DNA from: Nannocystales bacterium
GTDB taxonomy: Bacteria; Myxococcota_A; Polyangia; Nannocystales; Nannocystaceae
Reading direction: 5' to 3'
DNA length: 64,000 nt
NCBI GenBank assembly: GCA_050633305.1
Contig: JBOEGF010000043.1
Location: 1-64,000, forward strand
Positions 1 through 10,945 of the stretch are shown in pieces. Position 1 is the stretch's first letter. The number at the start of each line of letters is the position of its first letter. The position numbers were made by a program, and so were the translations under genes. A model generated the notes under the pieces. That model ran no database searches. It was not told the DNA's origin and saw only the letters and a list, made by a program, of their open reading frames with translations.

Positions 1-22
1 CGTGACCGAGATCATCGAGTAG
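1..22 (+). CDS. tuf: 3' end of elongation factor Tu (partial)
   Basis: Frame from position 2 reads VTEIIE-stop, a typical EF-Tu C-terminus, immediately upstream of rpsJ. Confidence 0.75.
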
Positions 23-69
23 GCTCTGCCTACACCGCTACCTGAAAAGACGACGAAAGGACCAACACC

Positions 70-378
70 GTGCAGGACCTGAAAATCCGCATTCGGCTGA
101 AAGCCTACGACCACAAGCTTCTTGACCAATCGGCGCGCGAGATCGCTGAGACCGCTCGCCGTACGGGAGCTCAAGTCGCAGGCCCCATCCCGCTGCCGAC
201 CAAGATCAACAAGTACACGGTCCTCCGAGGTCCTTTCGTCGACAAAAAGTCGCGCGAGCAGTTCGAGATTCGGACGCACAAGCGGCTTCTCGACATCCTC
301 GAGCCGAACAAGCAGACCCTCGACGCCCTGATGAAGCTGGACCTGTCCGCCGGCGTGGACGTCGAAATCAAGACCTGA
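70..378 (+). CDS. rpsJ: 30S ribosomal protein S10
   Basis: [10 protein letters not shown]...GPIPLPT...[15 protein letters not shown]. Confidence 0.99.
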   Translation: MQDLKIRIRLKAYDHKLLDQSAREIAETARRTGAQVAGPIPLPTKINKYTVLRGPFVDKKSREQFEIRTHKRLLDILEPNKQTLDALMKLDLSAGVDVEIKT

Positions 379-419
379 GACGCCTGGATCCAAGCCGCAC
401 CAAGAAGAGGCAGACCAAA

Positions 420-1094
420 ATGGCCAAACTCAACGTCATCGATCTCAGCGGAGCTGCTGCCGGCGAACTCGAAGTCGCCGATGAAGTGTTCGCGACCGAG
501 GTCAACGAGCATCTCCTTTGGGAGGTCGTCCGTTCGCAACGCGCAGCCAAGCGCACGAACACGGCCCACACCAAGACCCGCGCCGAGGTGTCCTACACCA
601 AGGCGAAGGTCTACCGTCAAAAGGGCACCGGCAACGCCCGTCACGGCTCGCGCCGCGCCAACATCTTCAAAGGTGGCGGCGTCGTGCACGGTCCCCGCAA
701 CGCGGTGAACCACACCATCCGGGTCAACCGGAAGGCCATCGCCGGCGCGCTCAAGTCCGTGCTCTCCCTTCGTGCCGCGGCCGGGAACCTGGTCGTCATC
801 AAGGAGTTCAAGGGCGAGGGCGACAAGAAAGCCAACACCAAAGAGCTCAACACCGCACTCGGCAAGCTCGAGGCTGGGAAGGCGCTCCTCGTGGACGACG
901 CTGGCAACAACTGGCTGAAGATGAGCGCTCGCAACCTTGCGGACGCCGACTTCCTCGCCGACGCCGGCCTCAACGTCTACGACATCCTCAACCACCCCAA
1001 GCTGCTGATCAGCGAGACGAGCCTTCGGAAAGTCGAAGCCCGCCTCACCGGCAAGGCAGCTGACGACCAGGCCGCACAGCCGGCTGCAGAGTAG
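420..1094 (+). CDS. rplD: 50S ribosomal protein L4
   Basis: TKTRAEVS...[14 protein letters not shown]...GGGVVHGP. Confidence 0.98.
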   Translation: MAKLNVIDLSGAAAGELEVADEVFATEVNEHLLWEVVRSQRAAKRTNTAHTKTRAEVSYTKAKVYRQKGTGNARHGSRRANIFKGGGVVHGPRNAVNHTIRVNRKAIAGALKSVLSLRAAAGNLVVIKEFKGEGDKKANTKELNTALGKLEAGKALLVDDAGNNWLKMSARNLADADFLADAGLNVYDILNHPKLLISETSLRKVEARLTGKAADDQAAQPAAE

Positions 1095-1105
1095 GAGTCG
1101 CACCG

Positions 1106-1393
1106 ATGACCCCGCATCAGATTCTCGTTCGTCCCGTCGTGACTGAGAAGTCCACGGACCTGATGACCGAGCAGAACCAATACGTCTTCCAGGTCGCCAA
1201 ACAGGCCAACAAGATCGAGGTCCGCAAGGCCGTCGAGATGGTCTTCGGCGTCCGCGTCTCCGACGTGCGCACCCAGGTCGTTCGTGGCGACCTCCGACGG
1301 GTCGGCCAGAACACCGGCCGCAAGCCCTCCTGGAAGAAGGCCATCGTCACCTTGCACCCCGAGGACACCATCGATCTCTACGGAGAGGAATAA
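1106..1393 (+). CDS. rplW: 50S ribosomal protein L23
   Basis: PVVTEKS...[11 protein letters not shown]...WKKAIVTL. Confidence 0.98.
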   Translation: MTPHQILVRPVVTEKSTDLMTEQNQYVFQVAKQANKIEVRKAVEMVFGVRVSDVRTQVVRGDLRRVGQNTGRKPSWKKAIVTLHPEDTIDLYGEE

Positions 1394-1399
1394 GCGGTC

Positions 1400-2227
1400 A
1401 TGGGCATCAAGAAGTACAAGCCGACCAGCCCCGGTCGCCGAAACATGTCAGTGAACGACAAAGAAGTCGTCACTGCTGACAAGCCGCACAAGCGCCTCGT
1501 CGGGTTCCGGCACCGCAAGCAGGGCCGTAACAACAACGGCCGTATCACCTCCCGCTTCCGCGGCGGTGGCCACAAGCGCCTCTACCGAAGCATCGACTTC
1601 AAGCGCGACAAGTTTGGCGTCCCCGCCAAGATCGCCACGATCGAGTACGACCCCAACCGGACGACGTACATCGCTCTGCTGCACTACGCCGACGGCGAGA
1701 AGCGCTACATCCTGGCGCCGCAGGGGCTCAAGGTTGGCGACCCGGTCATCTCCTCGGCCAAGGCCGACATCATCCCCGGCAACTCGTTGCCGCTGCGGGC
1801 GATGCCTCCCGGTACGGTCATCCACAACGTCGAGCTCAAGATCGGCCGGGGCGGACAGCTCGTCCGCACCGCTGGCGGTTCCGCTCAGTTGATGGCGCGA
1901 GAAGGCAACTGGGCCACCATCCGACTTCCCTCCGGGGAGATGCGGAAAGTCCACGCCGACTGTCGCGCGACCGTCGGGTCGCTCTCGAACCCCGAGCACG
2001 CAAACATGCGCATCGGCAAGGCCGGTCGCAAACGCTGGCTCGGCCGGCGCCCGCACCAGCGAGGCACCGTCATGAACCCGGTCGACCACCCCATGGGTGG
2101 TGGAGAAGGCCGCAACGCGGGTGGTGGTCACCCCCGCTCGCCATGGGGCTGGGTCACCAAAGGTGGTCGCACCCGCACAAACAAGCGAACCGACGTCTTC
2201 ATCGTCACTCGGCGCAAGCGAAAGTAG
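1400..2227 (+). CDS. rplB: 50S ribosomal protein L2
   Basis: [28 protein letters not shown]. Confidence 0.99.
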   Translation: MGIKKYKPTSPGRRNMSVNDKEVVTADKPHKRLVGFRHRKQGRNNNGRITSRFRGGGHKRLYRSIDFKRDKFGVPAKIATIEYDPNRTTYIALLHYADGEKRYILAPQGLKVGDPVISSAKADIIPGNSLPLRAMPPGTVIHNVELKIGRGGQLVRTAGGSAQLMAREGNWATIRLPSGEMRKVHADCRATVGSLSNPEHANMRIGKAGRKRWLGRRPHQRGTVMNPVDHPMGGGEGRNAGGGHPRSPWGWVTKGGRTRTNKRTDVFIVTRRKRK

Positions 2228-2239
2228 GAGGAAGCAGAG

Positions 2240-2518
2240 ATGCCACGTTCCGTCAAAAAAGGTCCGTTCATCGACGACCACCTCGCTCTCAAGGTCGAGG
2301 CGGCTGCCGAAGAAACTGGTCGACGCGCCATCAAGACCTGGTCGCGCCGCTCGGTCATCATCCCCGACTTCGTCGGCTCCAACATCATGGTGCACAACGG
2401 GAACAAGTTCATTCCCGTGTACATCACGGAGAACATGGTCGGTCACAAGCTGGGCGAGTTCTCGCCGACCCGAACCTTCCGTGGTCACGCTGCTGACCGC
2501 AAAGGCAAGAAAGGTTGA
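2240..2518 (+). CDS. rpsS: 30S ribosomal protein S19
   Basis: RSVKKGPF...KTWSRRS...[13 protein letters not shown]. Confidence 0.99.
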   Translation: MPRSVKKGPFIDDHLALKVEAAAEETGRRAIKTWSRRSVIIPDFVGSNIMVHNGNKFIPVYITENMVGHKLGEFSPTRTFRGHAADRKGKKG

Positions 2519-2523
2519 GCTCG

Positions 2524-2889
2524 ATGACTGAAGCCAACGAAACCTCCGCCGCCGCAACGGCCAAGCTTCACTACGTGCGCATCGCACCGCGTAAGCTCCG
2601 CGTCATCGCCAACATGGTCCGCGGGCAACCGGTCGCCCAGGCCATCAACCACCTTCGGTTCCTCAACCGAGCCGGCTCCCGCGAGTTCTTCAAGCTTCTC
2701 GTGTCCGCTGTGGCCAACGCCGAGGACCAAGGCGACATCGATGTCGATGGACTCGTCGTTCGCACCGTGATGGTCGACCAAGGTCCCGCTCTCCGTCGCT
2801 GGCGTCCCCGGGCCCACGGCCGAGCCACCCAGGTCAAGAAGTTCACCAGCCACGTCTTCGTGGAAATCGCCCCCGCCGCAGCCAACTAG
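2524..2889 (+). CDS. rplV: 50S ribosomal protein L22
   Basis: RIAPRKLR...SAVANAE...RWRPRAHGRA; ATG at 2524 chosen. Confidence 0.97.
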   Translation: MTEANETSAAATAKLHYVRIAPRKLRVIANMVRGQPVAQAINHLRFLNRAGSREFFKLLVSAVANAEDQGDIDVDGLVVRTVMVDQGPALRRWRPRAHGRATQVKKFTSHVFVEIAPAAAN

Positions 2890-2928
2890 GCCGGCGTCAC
2901 CCCACGAGCAAAGACAAGCAGGATAGTT

Positions 2929-3612
2929 ATGGGCCAGAAAACGCATCCAGTCGGCTTCCGACTCAAGATCGTCAAGACTTGGAACTCGAAGTGGTTCGAG
3001 AGCACCCGCTACCGCGAGTGGCTCCACCAGGACCTCCGCCTTCGACGGTTCCTCAAGAAGAAGCTCTACGGCGCCAGCATCTCGGAGATCACGATCGAGC
3101 GTGCCGCCAACAAGGTGAAGGTCAACATCTTCTCCGCCCGCCCCGGAATCATCATCGGCAAGCGTGGCGCCGGCGTCGAAGCCCTCAAAAAAGAGGTGCA
3201 GAAGATGACGGACTCCGATGTCTACCTCAACATCCAAGAGGTCCGGAAAGCCGAAGTCAACGCGCAGCTGGTGGCTGAGAACATCGCCCAGCAGCTCGAG
3301 CGTCGCATCGCCTTCCGCCGCGCGCTGAAGCGTGCGGTCCAGACCGCGGTCAAGTTCGGAGCCAAGGGCATTCGCGTCAACGCGGCCGGCCGTTTGGGCA
3401 ACTCCGAGATGGGGCGCCGCGAGTGGTACCTCGAGGGCCGAATCCCACTTCACACCCTTCGGGCCGACATCGACTACGGCTTCGCGATCGCGAAGACCTC
3501 GGGCGGCACCGCTGGCGTCAAAGCTTGGATCTTCAAGGGCGAGGTCTTCGACCACCGCGAGAAGGGCCAGCAGGACGCTCGTTTCCCCACTCCTCAACAG
3601 CGAGGCGGCTGA
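2929..3612 (+). CDS. rpsC: 30S ribosomal protein S3
   Basis: [37 protein letters not shown]. Confidence 0.99.
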   Translation: MGQKTHPVGFRLKIVKTWNSKWFESTRYREWLHQDLRLRRFLKKKLYGASISEITIERAANKVKVNIFSARPGIIIGKRGAGVEALKKEVQKMTDSDVYLNIQEVRKAEVNAQLVAENIAQQLERRIAFRRALKRAVQTAVKFGAKGIRVNAAGRLGNSEMGRREWYLEGRIPLHTLRADIDYGFAIAKTSGGTAGVKAWIFKGEVFDHREKGQQDARFPTPQQRGG

Positions 3613-3615
3613 ATC

Positions 3616-4032
3616 ATGCTTTCTCCTTCCAGGGTCAAGTATCGCAAGGTCCAAAAGGGCCGTATGAGGGGCAACGCCAAGGGCGGCACGCAAGTCAGCT
3701 TCGGCGACTTCGGCCTCCAGGCCACCACCTGCGGGTGGTTGACGTCGCGGCAAATCGAAGCCGCTCGTATTGCCATCAACCGGACCGTGAAGCGTGGTGG
3801 CAAGTTGTTCATCCGCATCTTCCCGGACAAGCCCATCTCCAAGAAGCCCGCCGAGACTCGGATGGGTAAAGGTAAGGGCGGAGCCGAGTACTGGGTCGCC
3901 GTGATCAAGCCCGGCCGCGTCCTGTACGAAATCTCCGGAGTCTCCGAGGAGCTCGCGCGTAAGGCATTCCTTCGCGCTCACCACAAACTGCCTGTAGGAA
4001 CGAAGTTCCTGGCCCGGGAGTCGGACCTGTGA
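3616..4032 (+). CDS. rplP: 50S ribosomal protein L16
   Basis: [28 protein letters not shown]. Confidence 0.99.
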   Translation: MLSPSRVKYRKVQKGRMRGNAKGGTQVSFGDFGLQATTCGWLTSRQIEAARIAINRTVKRGGKLFIRIFPDKPISKKPAETRMGKGKGGAEYWVAVIKPGRVLYEISGVSEELARKAFLRAHHKLPVGTKFLARESDL

Positions 4033-4268
4033 AAACGTCTGAAATGCGCGACAAGAACGCCGAGGAACTGCTGGAGCTCGAGACTGAGCTTCGCGACCAG
4101 CTGGTGAAGCTCTCCGTGGCCAAGGCCACCCAGCGAGCCAACAACACCGCTGCGTTCCAACGGATCAAGAAAGACATCGCCCGCGTCCTCACCATTCAGC
4201 GCGAGCGCGCTGCCGGTCTGGATGGGGCCCTGGACGCAGCCCAAGCAACCGAAGCAAAGGCGGAGTAA
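4029..4268 (+). CDS. rpmC: 50S ribosomal protein L29
   Basis: Operon position; [10 protein letters not shown] motif. Confidence 0.95.
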   Translation: MKTSEMRDKNAEELLELETELRDQLVKLSVAKATQRANNTAAFQRIKKDIARVLTIQRERAAGLDGALDAAQATEAKAE

Positions 4269-4274
4269 CGAGCC

Positions 4275-4586
4275 ATGTCCGAGCAAACCGAAAAGACCCA
4301 AGCTGGGGACGCGACCGGCACTGGCCACCTCGAGCGGCACCGTCGCTTCATGCAGGGCACCGTGGTGTCGGACAAGATGGACAAGACCATCGTCGTCCAG
4401 GTCACCCGTCGCTACCGTCACCCCAAGTACAAGAAGTACGTGAACGAGCGCGTGCGCTACAAGGCGCACGATGAGACCAACGACGCCAAGATGGGCGACA
4501 AGGTCCGTATCATCGAGTCTCGTCCGCTTTCCCGCGACAAGCGCTGGCGCCTGACGTCCGTGCTGGAAAGGGCGCCCACGCTGTGA
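4275..4586 (+). CDS. rpsQ: 30S ribosomal protein S17
   Basis: [31 protein letters not shown]. Confidence 0.98.
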   Translation: MSEQTEKTQAGDATGTGHLERHRRFMQGTVVSDKMDKTIVVQVTRRYRHPKYKKYVNERVRYKAHDETNDAKMGDKVRIIESRPLSRDKRWRLTSVLERAPTL

Positions 4587-4951
4587 TCCAGGTTCAATCC
4601 GTTATCGACGTCGCCGACAACTCCGGCGCGCGCAAGCTCTTCTGCATCAAGGTCCTTGGCGGCTCCAAGCGCCGCTACGCTTCGGTCGGCGACATCATCG
4701 TCTGCTCCGTCCGCGATGCCCTTCCCAACTCGAAGGTCAAAAAGGGCTCGGTCATGAAGGCCGTCGTCGTTCGCACCCGCCAGGGGCTGCGTCGCTCAGA
4801 CGGCAGTGTCATCCGCTTCGACACCAACAGCGCCGTGCTCGTTGACGCTCAGAAGCAGCCCATTGGAACGCGTATCTTCGGACCCGTCGCTCGCGAGCTC
4901 CGGGCCAAGAAGTTCCTCAAGATCATCAGCCTGGCGCCGGAGGTCCTCTAA
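4583..4951 (+). CDS. rplN: 50S ribosomal protein L14
   Basis: [27 protein letters not shown]. Confidence 0.99.
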   Translation: MIQVQSVIDVADNSGARKLFCIKVLGGSKRRYASVGDIIVCSVRDALPNSKVKKGSVMKAVVVRTRQGLRRSDGSVIRFDTNSAVLVDAQKQPIGTRIFGPVARELRAKKFLKIISLAPEVL

Positions 4952-5268
4952 TGGAACGCATCAAGAAGGGCGACAACGTCGTCGTCACCGCGGGCAAGAA
5001 CAAGGGAAGCAAGGGCGAAGTCCTCGCTGTCTACCCCTCTGCGGACAAAGTGCTGGTCGCTGGCGTCAACGTCATCACCAAGCACATCAAGCCCAGCCAA
5101 ACTAACCCCCAGGGTGGCCGCGTCCGCAAAGAGGCCCCCATTCACGTTTCCAACGTCATGATGGCTGACCCGAAGACGGGCGGTCCCACTCGGGTCCGCA
5201 TCAACACGCTCGCTGATGGCAAGCGCGTTCGGGTGGCCGTCAAGTCGGGCGAGCAGATCGACACCTAG
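4951..5268 (+). CDS. rplX: 50S ribosomal protein L24
   Basis: [18 protein letters not shown] motif, EAPIHVSNV. Confidence 0.98.
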   Translation: MERIKKGDNVVVTAGKNKGSKGEVLAVYPSADKVLVAGVNVITKHIKPSQTNPQGGRVRKEAPIHVSNVMMADPKTGGPTRVRINTLADGKRVRVAVKSGEQIDT

Positions 5269-5279
5269 AGGGCCTCGCA

Positions 5280-5918
5280 ATGTCCGATCCTACCCAGAAG
5301 AAGAAAGCGGAGCGCGGGTTTCCGTACAAGTTCCGCGCAGTCATGGACGAGCCTGGCGCTCGCCCCGATGGCTACAAGTCCGACCTCCAGCAGAAGTACG
5401 AAGGGCCCGTTCGCAAGGCGCTCATCGAGGAGTTCTCCTACAAGAACCCGCTGGAAGTCCCTCGGCTCACCAAGGTGACGCTCAACATCGGTATGGGCGA
5501 GTCGCTCAAGACGCCGAAGTTGCTCGAGCAGGCGTTTGAAGGCCTCGGTCTCATCGCCGGTCAGCGTCCGGTCGTCACCCGGGCCAAGAAGTCCATCGCA
5601 GGCTTCAAGCTTCGCGAAGGCATGAAGATCGGCTGCATGCTGACGCTTCGCCGACACAACATGTGGGAGTTCCTCGGACGTCTTCTGACGGTCGCTCTCC
5701 CCCGAACCCGCGACTTCCGTGGCGTCAGCCGCCGTGCCTTTGACGGGCGCGGCAACTACACCCTCGGTGTTCGTGAGCTGCTCATCTTCACTGAAATCGA
5801 CATCGAGCGTCTCGACAAGGTTCCAGGGATGAACATCTGCATCCACACTTCCGCCAAGACCGACGACGAAGGTCGTGCGCTGCTGGCTCAACTCGGGATG
5901 CCCTTCCGGGCGAACTGA
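5280..5918 (+). CDS. rplE: 50S ribosomal protein L5 with an N-terminal extension
   Basis: AKKSIAGFKLREG, LPRTRDFRG, FDGRGNYTLG. Confidence 0.98.
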   Translation: MSDPTQKKKAERGFPYKFRAVMDEPGARPDGYKSDLQQKYEGPVRKALIEEFSYKNPLEVPRLTKVTLNIGMGESLKTPKLLEQAFEGLGLIAGQRPVVTRAKKSIAGFKLREGMKIGCMLTLRRHNMWEFLGRLLTVALPRTRDFRGVSRRAFDGRGNYTLGVRELLIFTEIDIERLDKVPGMNICIHTSAKTDDEGRALLAQLGMPFRAN

Positions 5919-5949
5919 TCCGCGCCACGAAAGACGAAAGGAACCGTTC

Positions 5950-6345
5950 ATGTCCATGACCGATCCCATCGCCGACCTCCTGACCCGTATTCGCAATGCG
6001 ATCTCGGCGGGCCACAAGGAGCTTGAGCTTCCCGCGTCCAAGGCTAAGCACCGTATCGCCGAGATTCTCGTGCGTGAGGGCTTCATCGCCAGCTGTGATT
6101 TCCGTGAAGAGGGCCCGCAGGGCAAGATTCACATCGATCTCAAATGGCAAGGTGAGCAGGCCGCAATCGAAGGTCTCAAGCGCGTCAGCCGTCCCGGCCA
6201 ACGTCGCTACGCCAAGAGCACCGACATCCCCAAGGTCCGCAACGGCCTGGGAATCATGATCATCAGCACGTCGCAGGGCATGATGACCGACCGCGCCGCC
6301 CGTAAAGCTGGCGTCGGTGGCGAGCTCATCTGCAGCGTCTGGTAG
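5950..6345 (+). CDS. rpsH: 30S ribosomal protein S8
   Basis: MSMTDPIADLLTRIRNA, SRPGQRRY, GGELICSVW; ATG at 5950. Confidence 0.99.
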   Translation: MSMTDPIADLLTRIRNAISAGHKELELPASKAKHRIAEILVREGFIASCDFREEGPQGKIHIDLKWQGEQAAIEGLKRVSRPGQRRYAKSTDIPKVRNGLGIMIISTSQGMMTDRAARKAGVGGELICSVW

Positions 6346-6369
6346 CCAAACCCAAAGGGAGAACGAACC

Positions 6370-6909
6370 ATGTCTCGTATTGGAAATGCACCCATCGCCA
6401 TCCCCAACGGCGTGACGATCAAGACCTCCGGTCAGGTCATCTCGGCCAAGGGCCCGAAGGGCGAACTCAGCTTCGAGGTGCACCACCGCATTTCGTTCAA
6501 GGTTGAGGACAACACGCTCACGTTCGAGCGGCCCACCAACAACCGGTTGGATCGTTCGCTCCACGGCACCGCGCGTGCCCGTACGGCGAACATCGTCCAC
6601 GGGGTTCACGAGGGTTGGTCCAAGACGCTCGAGATCAACGGTGTCGGTTACCGCGCTGCGGCCAAGGGCAAGACCCTCGACCTCACGCTCGGTTTCTCCC
6701 ACCCGATCAGCTACGTGCTGCCCGAGGGCGTGAAGGCCGAAGTCGCAAAAGACGGCAAGGTCACCGTGTCCGGACCGGACAAAATTGCCGTCGGCAAGGC
6801 GGCTGCGGATATCCGCGGCTACCGTCCGCCAGAGCCCTACAAGGGCAAAGGTGTCAAATACGTCGGCGAGCACATCATCCGTAAAGAGGGTAAGCGCGGT
6901 AAGAAGTAG
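6370..6909 (+). CDS. rplF: 50S ribosomal protein L6
   Basis: MSRIG, GVGYRA, RPPEPYKGKGVKY. Confidence 0.99.
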   Translation: MSRIGNAPIAIPNGVTIKTSGQVISAKGPKGELSFEVHHRISFKVEDNTLTFERPTNNRLDRSLHGTARARTANIVHGVHEGWSKTLEINGVGYRAAAKGKTLDLTLGFSHPISYVLPEGVKAEVAKDGKVTVSGPDKIAVGKAAADIRGYRPPEPYKGKGVKYVGEHIIRKEGKRGKK

Positions 6910-6978
6910 CGCCCGCTCCTTCCGCGGCCGGTACCAAAGCCCGGCCGCACGCTCCACTCGTGGAGGAAGAGTTCGAAC

Positions 6979-7329
6979 ATGGCCAATCAACGTCAAAAAA
7001 CCCGCCTTCGTCGCAAGAAGCGAATCCGCAAGAAGGTGACCGGCACCGCCGAGCGTCCGCGCCTGACGGTGTTCCGCAGCAACAAGCACATCTACGCCCA
7101 GGTCATCGACGACGCGACCGCGTCTTCGCTTGCCGCCGCTTCCTGCCTCAAGGTTGTTGGCGACGAGCTCGACAAGACCGCCAAGGCCAAATCCGTCGGC
7201 GCTGCAATCGCCTCGGCTTGTCTGGACAAGGGCATCAAACAGGTCGTGTTCGACCGCAACGGTTACGCCTACCACGGCCGCATCAGCGCGCTTGCGGCTG
7301 CTGCCCGGGAAGCTGGGCTCGAGTTCTAA
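6979..7329 (+). CDS. rplR: 50S ribosomal protein L18
   Basis: [28 protein letters not shown]. Confidence 0.99.
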   Translation: MANQRQKTRLRRKKRIRKKVTGTAERPRLTVFRSNKHIYAQVIDDATASSLAAASCLKVVGDELDKTAKAKSVGAAIASACLDKGIKQVVFDRNGYAYHGRISALAAAAREAGLEF

Positions 7330-7356
7330 GCGAGCCCTCGGAAGGAAGTTCTACTC

Positions 7357-7860
7357 ATGGCAGTCGATATCGATTCCCTTGGCGATCTCGTAGACCGAGT
7401 CGTCTACATCAACCGCGTGGCCAAAGTGGTCAAAGGCGGTCGTAACTTCTCGTTCACAGCCGTCGTCGTCGTCGGCAACGAGCATGGCTGGGTTGGCATG
7501 GGCCACGGCAAGGCTCGCGAAGTCCCGGAGGCCATTCGTAAGGCCAACGAGTACGCGCGGCACAACTTGTTCGAGGTCCCGCTTTCGGGCACGACCATTC
7601 CGCACGAGGCACTTGGGCACCACGGCGCCGGTCGAGTGCTCCTCCGCCCCGCCAGCGCCGGTACCGGCGTCATCGCAGGTGGTCCCGTTCGCGCGGTCGT
7701 TGAGTGCGCTGGCATTCACGACGTGTTGAGCAAGTGCATCGGCACGAACAACCACCTCAACGTCATTCACGCGACGATGGACGCGCTCAAGCAGCTTCGC
7801 AGCCCCGAAATGGTGGCTCGTCGTCGTGGGCTCACCGTCGAGCAGATCATGACCGCCTAA
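7357..7860 (+). CDS. rpsE: 30S ribosomal protein S5
   Basis: [19 protein letters not shown]. Confidence 0.99.
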   Translation: MAVDIDSLGDLVDRVVYINRVAKVVKGGRNFSFTAVVVVGNEHGWVGMGHGKAREVPEAIRKANEYARHNLFEVPLSGTTIPHEALGHHGAGRVLLRPASAGTGVIAGGPVRAVVECAGIHDVLSKCIGTNNHLNVIHATMDALKQLRSPEMVARRRGLTVEQIMTA

Positions 7861-7906
7861 GGCGGCCACCAGACGCCAACCGCAACTAGGTAGCGAGGAC
7901 TTCGTC

Positions 7907-8098
7907 ATGGCTCAAAAGCTCAAGGTCAAGCTGGTTCGCAGCACGATCGACCGCAACTTCAAGCAGAAAGAGACCGTTCGCGGGTTGGGCCTTCGTCGCC
8001 TCAACCACAGCGTCGAGCTCGAAGACACCCACGCCGTTCGCGGCATGATTCGCAAGGTTCAGCACCTCCTCGAGGTCGAGCCTGTGCAGGAAGGCTAG
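7907..8098 (+). CDS. rpmD: 50S ribosomal protein L30
   Basis: LVRSTI...GLGLRR...[10 protein letters not shown]. Confidence 0.97.
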   Translation: MAQKLKVKLVRSTIDRNFKQKETVRGLGLRRLNHSVELEDTHAVRGMIRKVQHLLEVEPVQEG

Positions 8099-8105
8099 CC
8101 GTAAC

Positions 8106-8591
8106 ATGGGTACCGAACTTCACGATCTTCAGCCCGCTCCGGGCGCCCGTCAGCGCAAGCAGCGAGTCGGTCGCGGCATTGGCTCTCGTCGAGGCAAGAC
8201 CTCGACCCGCGGAATGAAGGGCCAGCTGGCTCGCCGCACTTCGATGAAGGCAAGCTTCGAGGGCGGTCAGCTCCCGATTCACCGCCGGGTTCCGAAGCGC
8301 GGCTTCATCAACATTCATCGCGTCGAGTACTACGGACTCAACGTTGAAGTGCTCGAGAGCAACTTCGACAAGGGTGCCGAGGTGACGATCGAGCTCCTCC
8401 ACGAGAAGGGCCTGATCCCCAAGAAGACCACGCACATCAAGCTGCTTGGCAATGGCGAGTTCAAGACCTCGCTCACCGTCAAGGTGCATCGCGCCAGCAA
8501 GTCGGCCATCTCCAAGGTGGAAGCAGCGGGCGGCACGATCGAGTACATCAGCGCCAAGCCTGCCAAGGCTGAAGCCGCTGCCGAAGCCTAG
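8106..8591 (+). CDS. rplO: 50S ribosomal protein L15
   Basis: RVGRGIGS, FEGGQLP, PKRGF. Confidence 0.99.
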   Translation: MGTELHDLQPAPGARQRKQRVGRGIGSRRGKTSTRGMKGQLARRTSMKASFEGGQLPIHRRVPKRGFINIHRVEYYGLNVEVLESNFDKGAEVTIELLHEKGLIPKKTTHIKLLGNGEFKTSLTVKVHRASKSAISKVEAAGGTIEYISAKPAKAEAAAEA

Positions 8592-8608
8592 GGCTCCGCT
8601 CGGTTGAG

Positions 8609-8638
8609 AAAGGCCGTCCCATTGGGGCGGCCTTTTTT
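8609..8638 (+). terminator. Intrinsic terminator after rplO
   Basis: aaaggccgtccc-att-ggggcggccttt hairpin followed by a T-run. Confidence 0.85.
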
Positions 8639-8992
8639 CGTGGTTCGTTCTCGGTCTCAGCGCTGCCAACGTCGGCGCCGAGCGGGGCAAGTGCCAGTAG
8701 GTCTGGGTCTGGAGTGCGCCGTCATTGGTGAGGTTTCAGGGTCTGGGTCGGACGATGCTTGGTTGTTCCCGCTCGGTTGCGGGCGGCAGTGGACGGAGGA
8801 GAGGAGGTGGCGGGTCGGTCGGGAAGCTCGCCTGAATCCAGGCCTGATGAAACTCGCTGGGTTTGAAGTCGCCGATCGGCCGCCGGCGACGTGGCGGCCG
8901 CCGAAGCCCGCGCAGACGCGGACGAGCGCCCGACAAGGTCTCGCCGGAAGCGGGCCTTGTTGGACACCGAGGGAAAGGAGACTCGGGGCCTC

Positions 8993-10945
8993 TCAGCCGG
9001 AGGCTAGCAGTGCGGAGACCGCTTCGAGCAGGCCGTCGATGGAGAATGGCTTGGGTAGGTAGGCCACGTTCTTCGCGAGGACGCCGTTCTCGAGGAGCGC
9101 GTCCTCCGGGTATCCCGAGACGTAGAGCACGCAGACATCGGGCCGGTCCTCGTGGAGCTTGGCGGCGAGCTCTCGACCATTCATGTGCGGCATGGCGACG
9201 TCCGTCAGCAAGAGGTCGATCGTACCGTCGTAGGCGCTGGACAACTCGAGTGCTTCTGCGCCACTGCCTGCCGCCAGGACTTCGTAGCCACTGCGTTGTA
9301 GACCTCGGACGGTCAGACGAAGCAACACCGGCTCGTCTTCTGCGACAAGGACGGTCGTCCCGCCTGCGCTCGGGGCGGCCTCGACCGGAACTTCTGGAGT
9401 CGGCTGGGCCTTGGCGCGTGGCCAATAGATCTCGAAGGAGGTTCCTGTCCCCTCCTCACTCTTGAGGTCGATGTGACCGTGGTTCTGGCGGACAGCACCG
9501 AACACCGTGGCAAGCCCGAGTCCGGTCCCCGCGTGCATCTTGGTGGTGAAGAACGGCTCGAACGCACGGTCGCGGGAGAGCTTTGACATGCCGGCGCCCG
9601 TATCGGTCACGGCCAGCACGACGTAGTCCCCCGGCTCGATCTCGGAGTGGGTTGTGGAGAACGTCGCGGCCAGTTGTACGTTGCGCGCGGCAATGCTCAG
9701 TTGGCCACCGTCGGGCATCGAGTCTCGTGCGTTGGCCACCAGGTTGAGGAGAATCTGGTCGAGCTGGGAGCGGTCGACCTCGATCGGCCACAAGTCGTCG
9801 GCGACTTCGACACGAGGCACGACGCCCGGGCCGAGCATCCGATGCAGAAGCCGCATGAGCTCGTCCACCGCGGTGGAGAGCTGCAGGACGGTGGGTTGAA
9901 TGATCTGCCGCCGAGCGAAGCTCAACAGTTGCGTGCACAGCTCCGCTGCTCGCCCGGAAGCGACGAGGACCTCGGTCAGGTCCTCGTGACGGCGGTCGGT
10001 CGCGGACAGCGTCTTGTGAACCGCCGCGGTGTAGTTGTCGATGATCGTCAGGAGGTTGTTCAGATCGTGGGCCACGCCGCCGGCGAGGCGCCCGATCGAT
10101 TCGAGCTTCTGGCTCTGCCGGAGCTGCGACTCGAGCTCCTGCATGGGTCGCAGGTCGGTCATCACGGCGGACACGTACCGTTGACCGTCGTCGTCCGGCT
10201 CGTGAACTACGAGGGCGAGCGAGACGGGAACCGGAGTCTGTGTCGCGCTGCGCAACTCAACTTCGGACTGCCAATGTCCCTGGTCGCGCGCGGTGGGAAG
10301 ACCGACCTCTGTGAGCCTGTCCGCGGAGGCGTCGGTGAGGAAGTCGGGGAGCGACCGGCCTTCGCTCGTTTCCTCGGTGAGCCCGGACAGCTCGAGGCCG
10401 GCAGGGTTGACGTAGGTGACGGGCCCGTCGAGTCGCCACAGCCCGACGAACGCGGGCGAGAGTTCGGCCATTCGTCGAAACCGTCGTGCGTCGAGCTCGG
10501 CGTTTCGGCGCTTGGTGACGTCCGGGAGGACGGCGACGGCCCCGACGAGTTCTCCGTCCGCGTAGACGGGGGCCGCATGCCCGCTGAGCCACCGCTCGTT
10601 GCCGGCGCCGTCTCGAAGGACAAAGTCTTCCCCCTCGACCACTTCCTCTCGCTGAAGCGCGCGGGGCAGGGGGAGCTCTTCGGGTGCGTAGGGGTCACCG
10701 TTGGGACGGAAGGCGTTCCATCCTGCGGGGTCGAGCTCGGCCGGGAGCTCGGTGAGCGCGTCCGAGTCCTCCGAGGTGCGAATCCCCAGTGCTGCCGGAT
10801 TCCACTCCTCGAGCTCCCCGCCGGGCGAGGACGCGATCAGAATGCCGGCGGGCGAGGCGCGGATCGCCGCCCGAAGGACGGTCACTTCGCGCTCGCGTTC
10901 CGCGAGTTGAGCCCGCAGTTTCTTCAGCTCGTCAGCAGTATCCAT
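8993..10945 (-). CDS. Hybrid sensor histidine kinase (two PAS domains, HisKA, HATPase, receiver; CckA-like)
   Basis: LAGGVAHDLNNLL H-box, NLVANARD N-box, DTGAGM, FEPFFTTK, GTGLGL, receiver LLTDVAMP; ATG at 10945. Confidence 0.95.
   Translation of the reverse strand: MDTADELKKLRAQLAEREREVTVLRAAIRASPAGILIASSPGGELEEWNPAALGIRTSEDSDALTELPAELDPAGWNAFRPNGDPYAPEELPLPRALQREEVVEGEDFVLRDGAGNERWLSGHAAPVYADGELVGAVAVLPDVTKRRNAELDARRFRRMAELSPAFVGLWRLDGPVTYVNPAGLELSGLTEETSEGRSLPDFLTDASADRLTEVGLPTARDQGHWQSEVELRSATQTPVPVSLALVVHEPDDDGQRYVSAVMTDLRPMQELESQLRQSQKLESIGRLAGGVAHDLNNLLTIIDNYTAAVHKTLSATDRRHEDLTEVLVASGRAAELCTQLLSFARRQIIQPTVLQLSTAVDELMRLLHRMLGPGVVPRVEVADDLWPIEVDRSQLDQILLNLVANARDSMPDGGQLSIAARNVQLAATFSTTHSEIEPGDYVVLAVTDTGAGMSKLSRDRAFEPFFTTKMHAGTGLGLATVFGAVRQNHGHIDLKSEEGTGTSFEIYWPRAKAQPTPEVPVEAAPSAGGTTVLVAEDEPVLLRLTVRGLQRSGYEVLAAGSGAEALELSSAYDGTIDLLLTDVAMPHMNGRELAAKLHEDRPDVCVLYVSGYPEDALLENGVLAKNVAYLPKPFSIDGLLEAVSALLASG

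Noticed and set aside
171..8690. Long minus-strand ORFs opposite the ribosomal genes (e.g. 2485-3984, 5788-7275)
   Set aside because: Antisense shadows caused by high-GC codon bias; no recognisable motifs
8640..8992. Possible small gene or MITE in the gap after the rplO terminator
   Set aside because: ORFs are Arg-rich with no motifs; only weak GC hairpins; no terminal inverted repeats or target duplication identified
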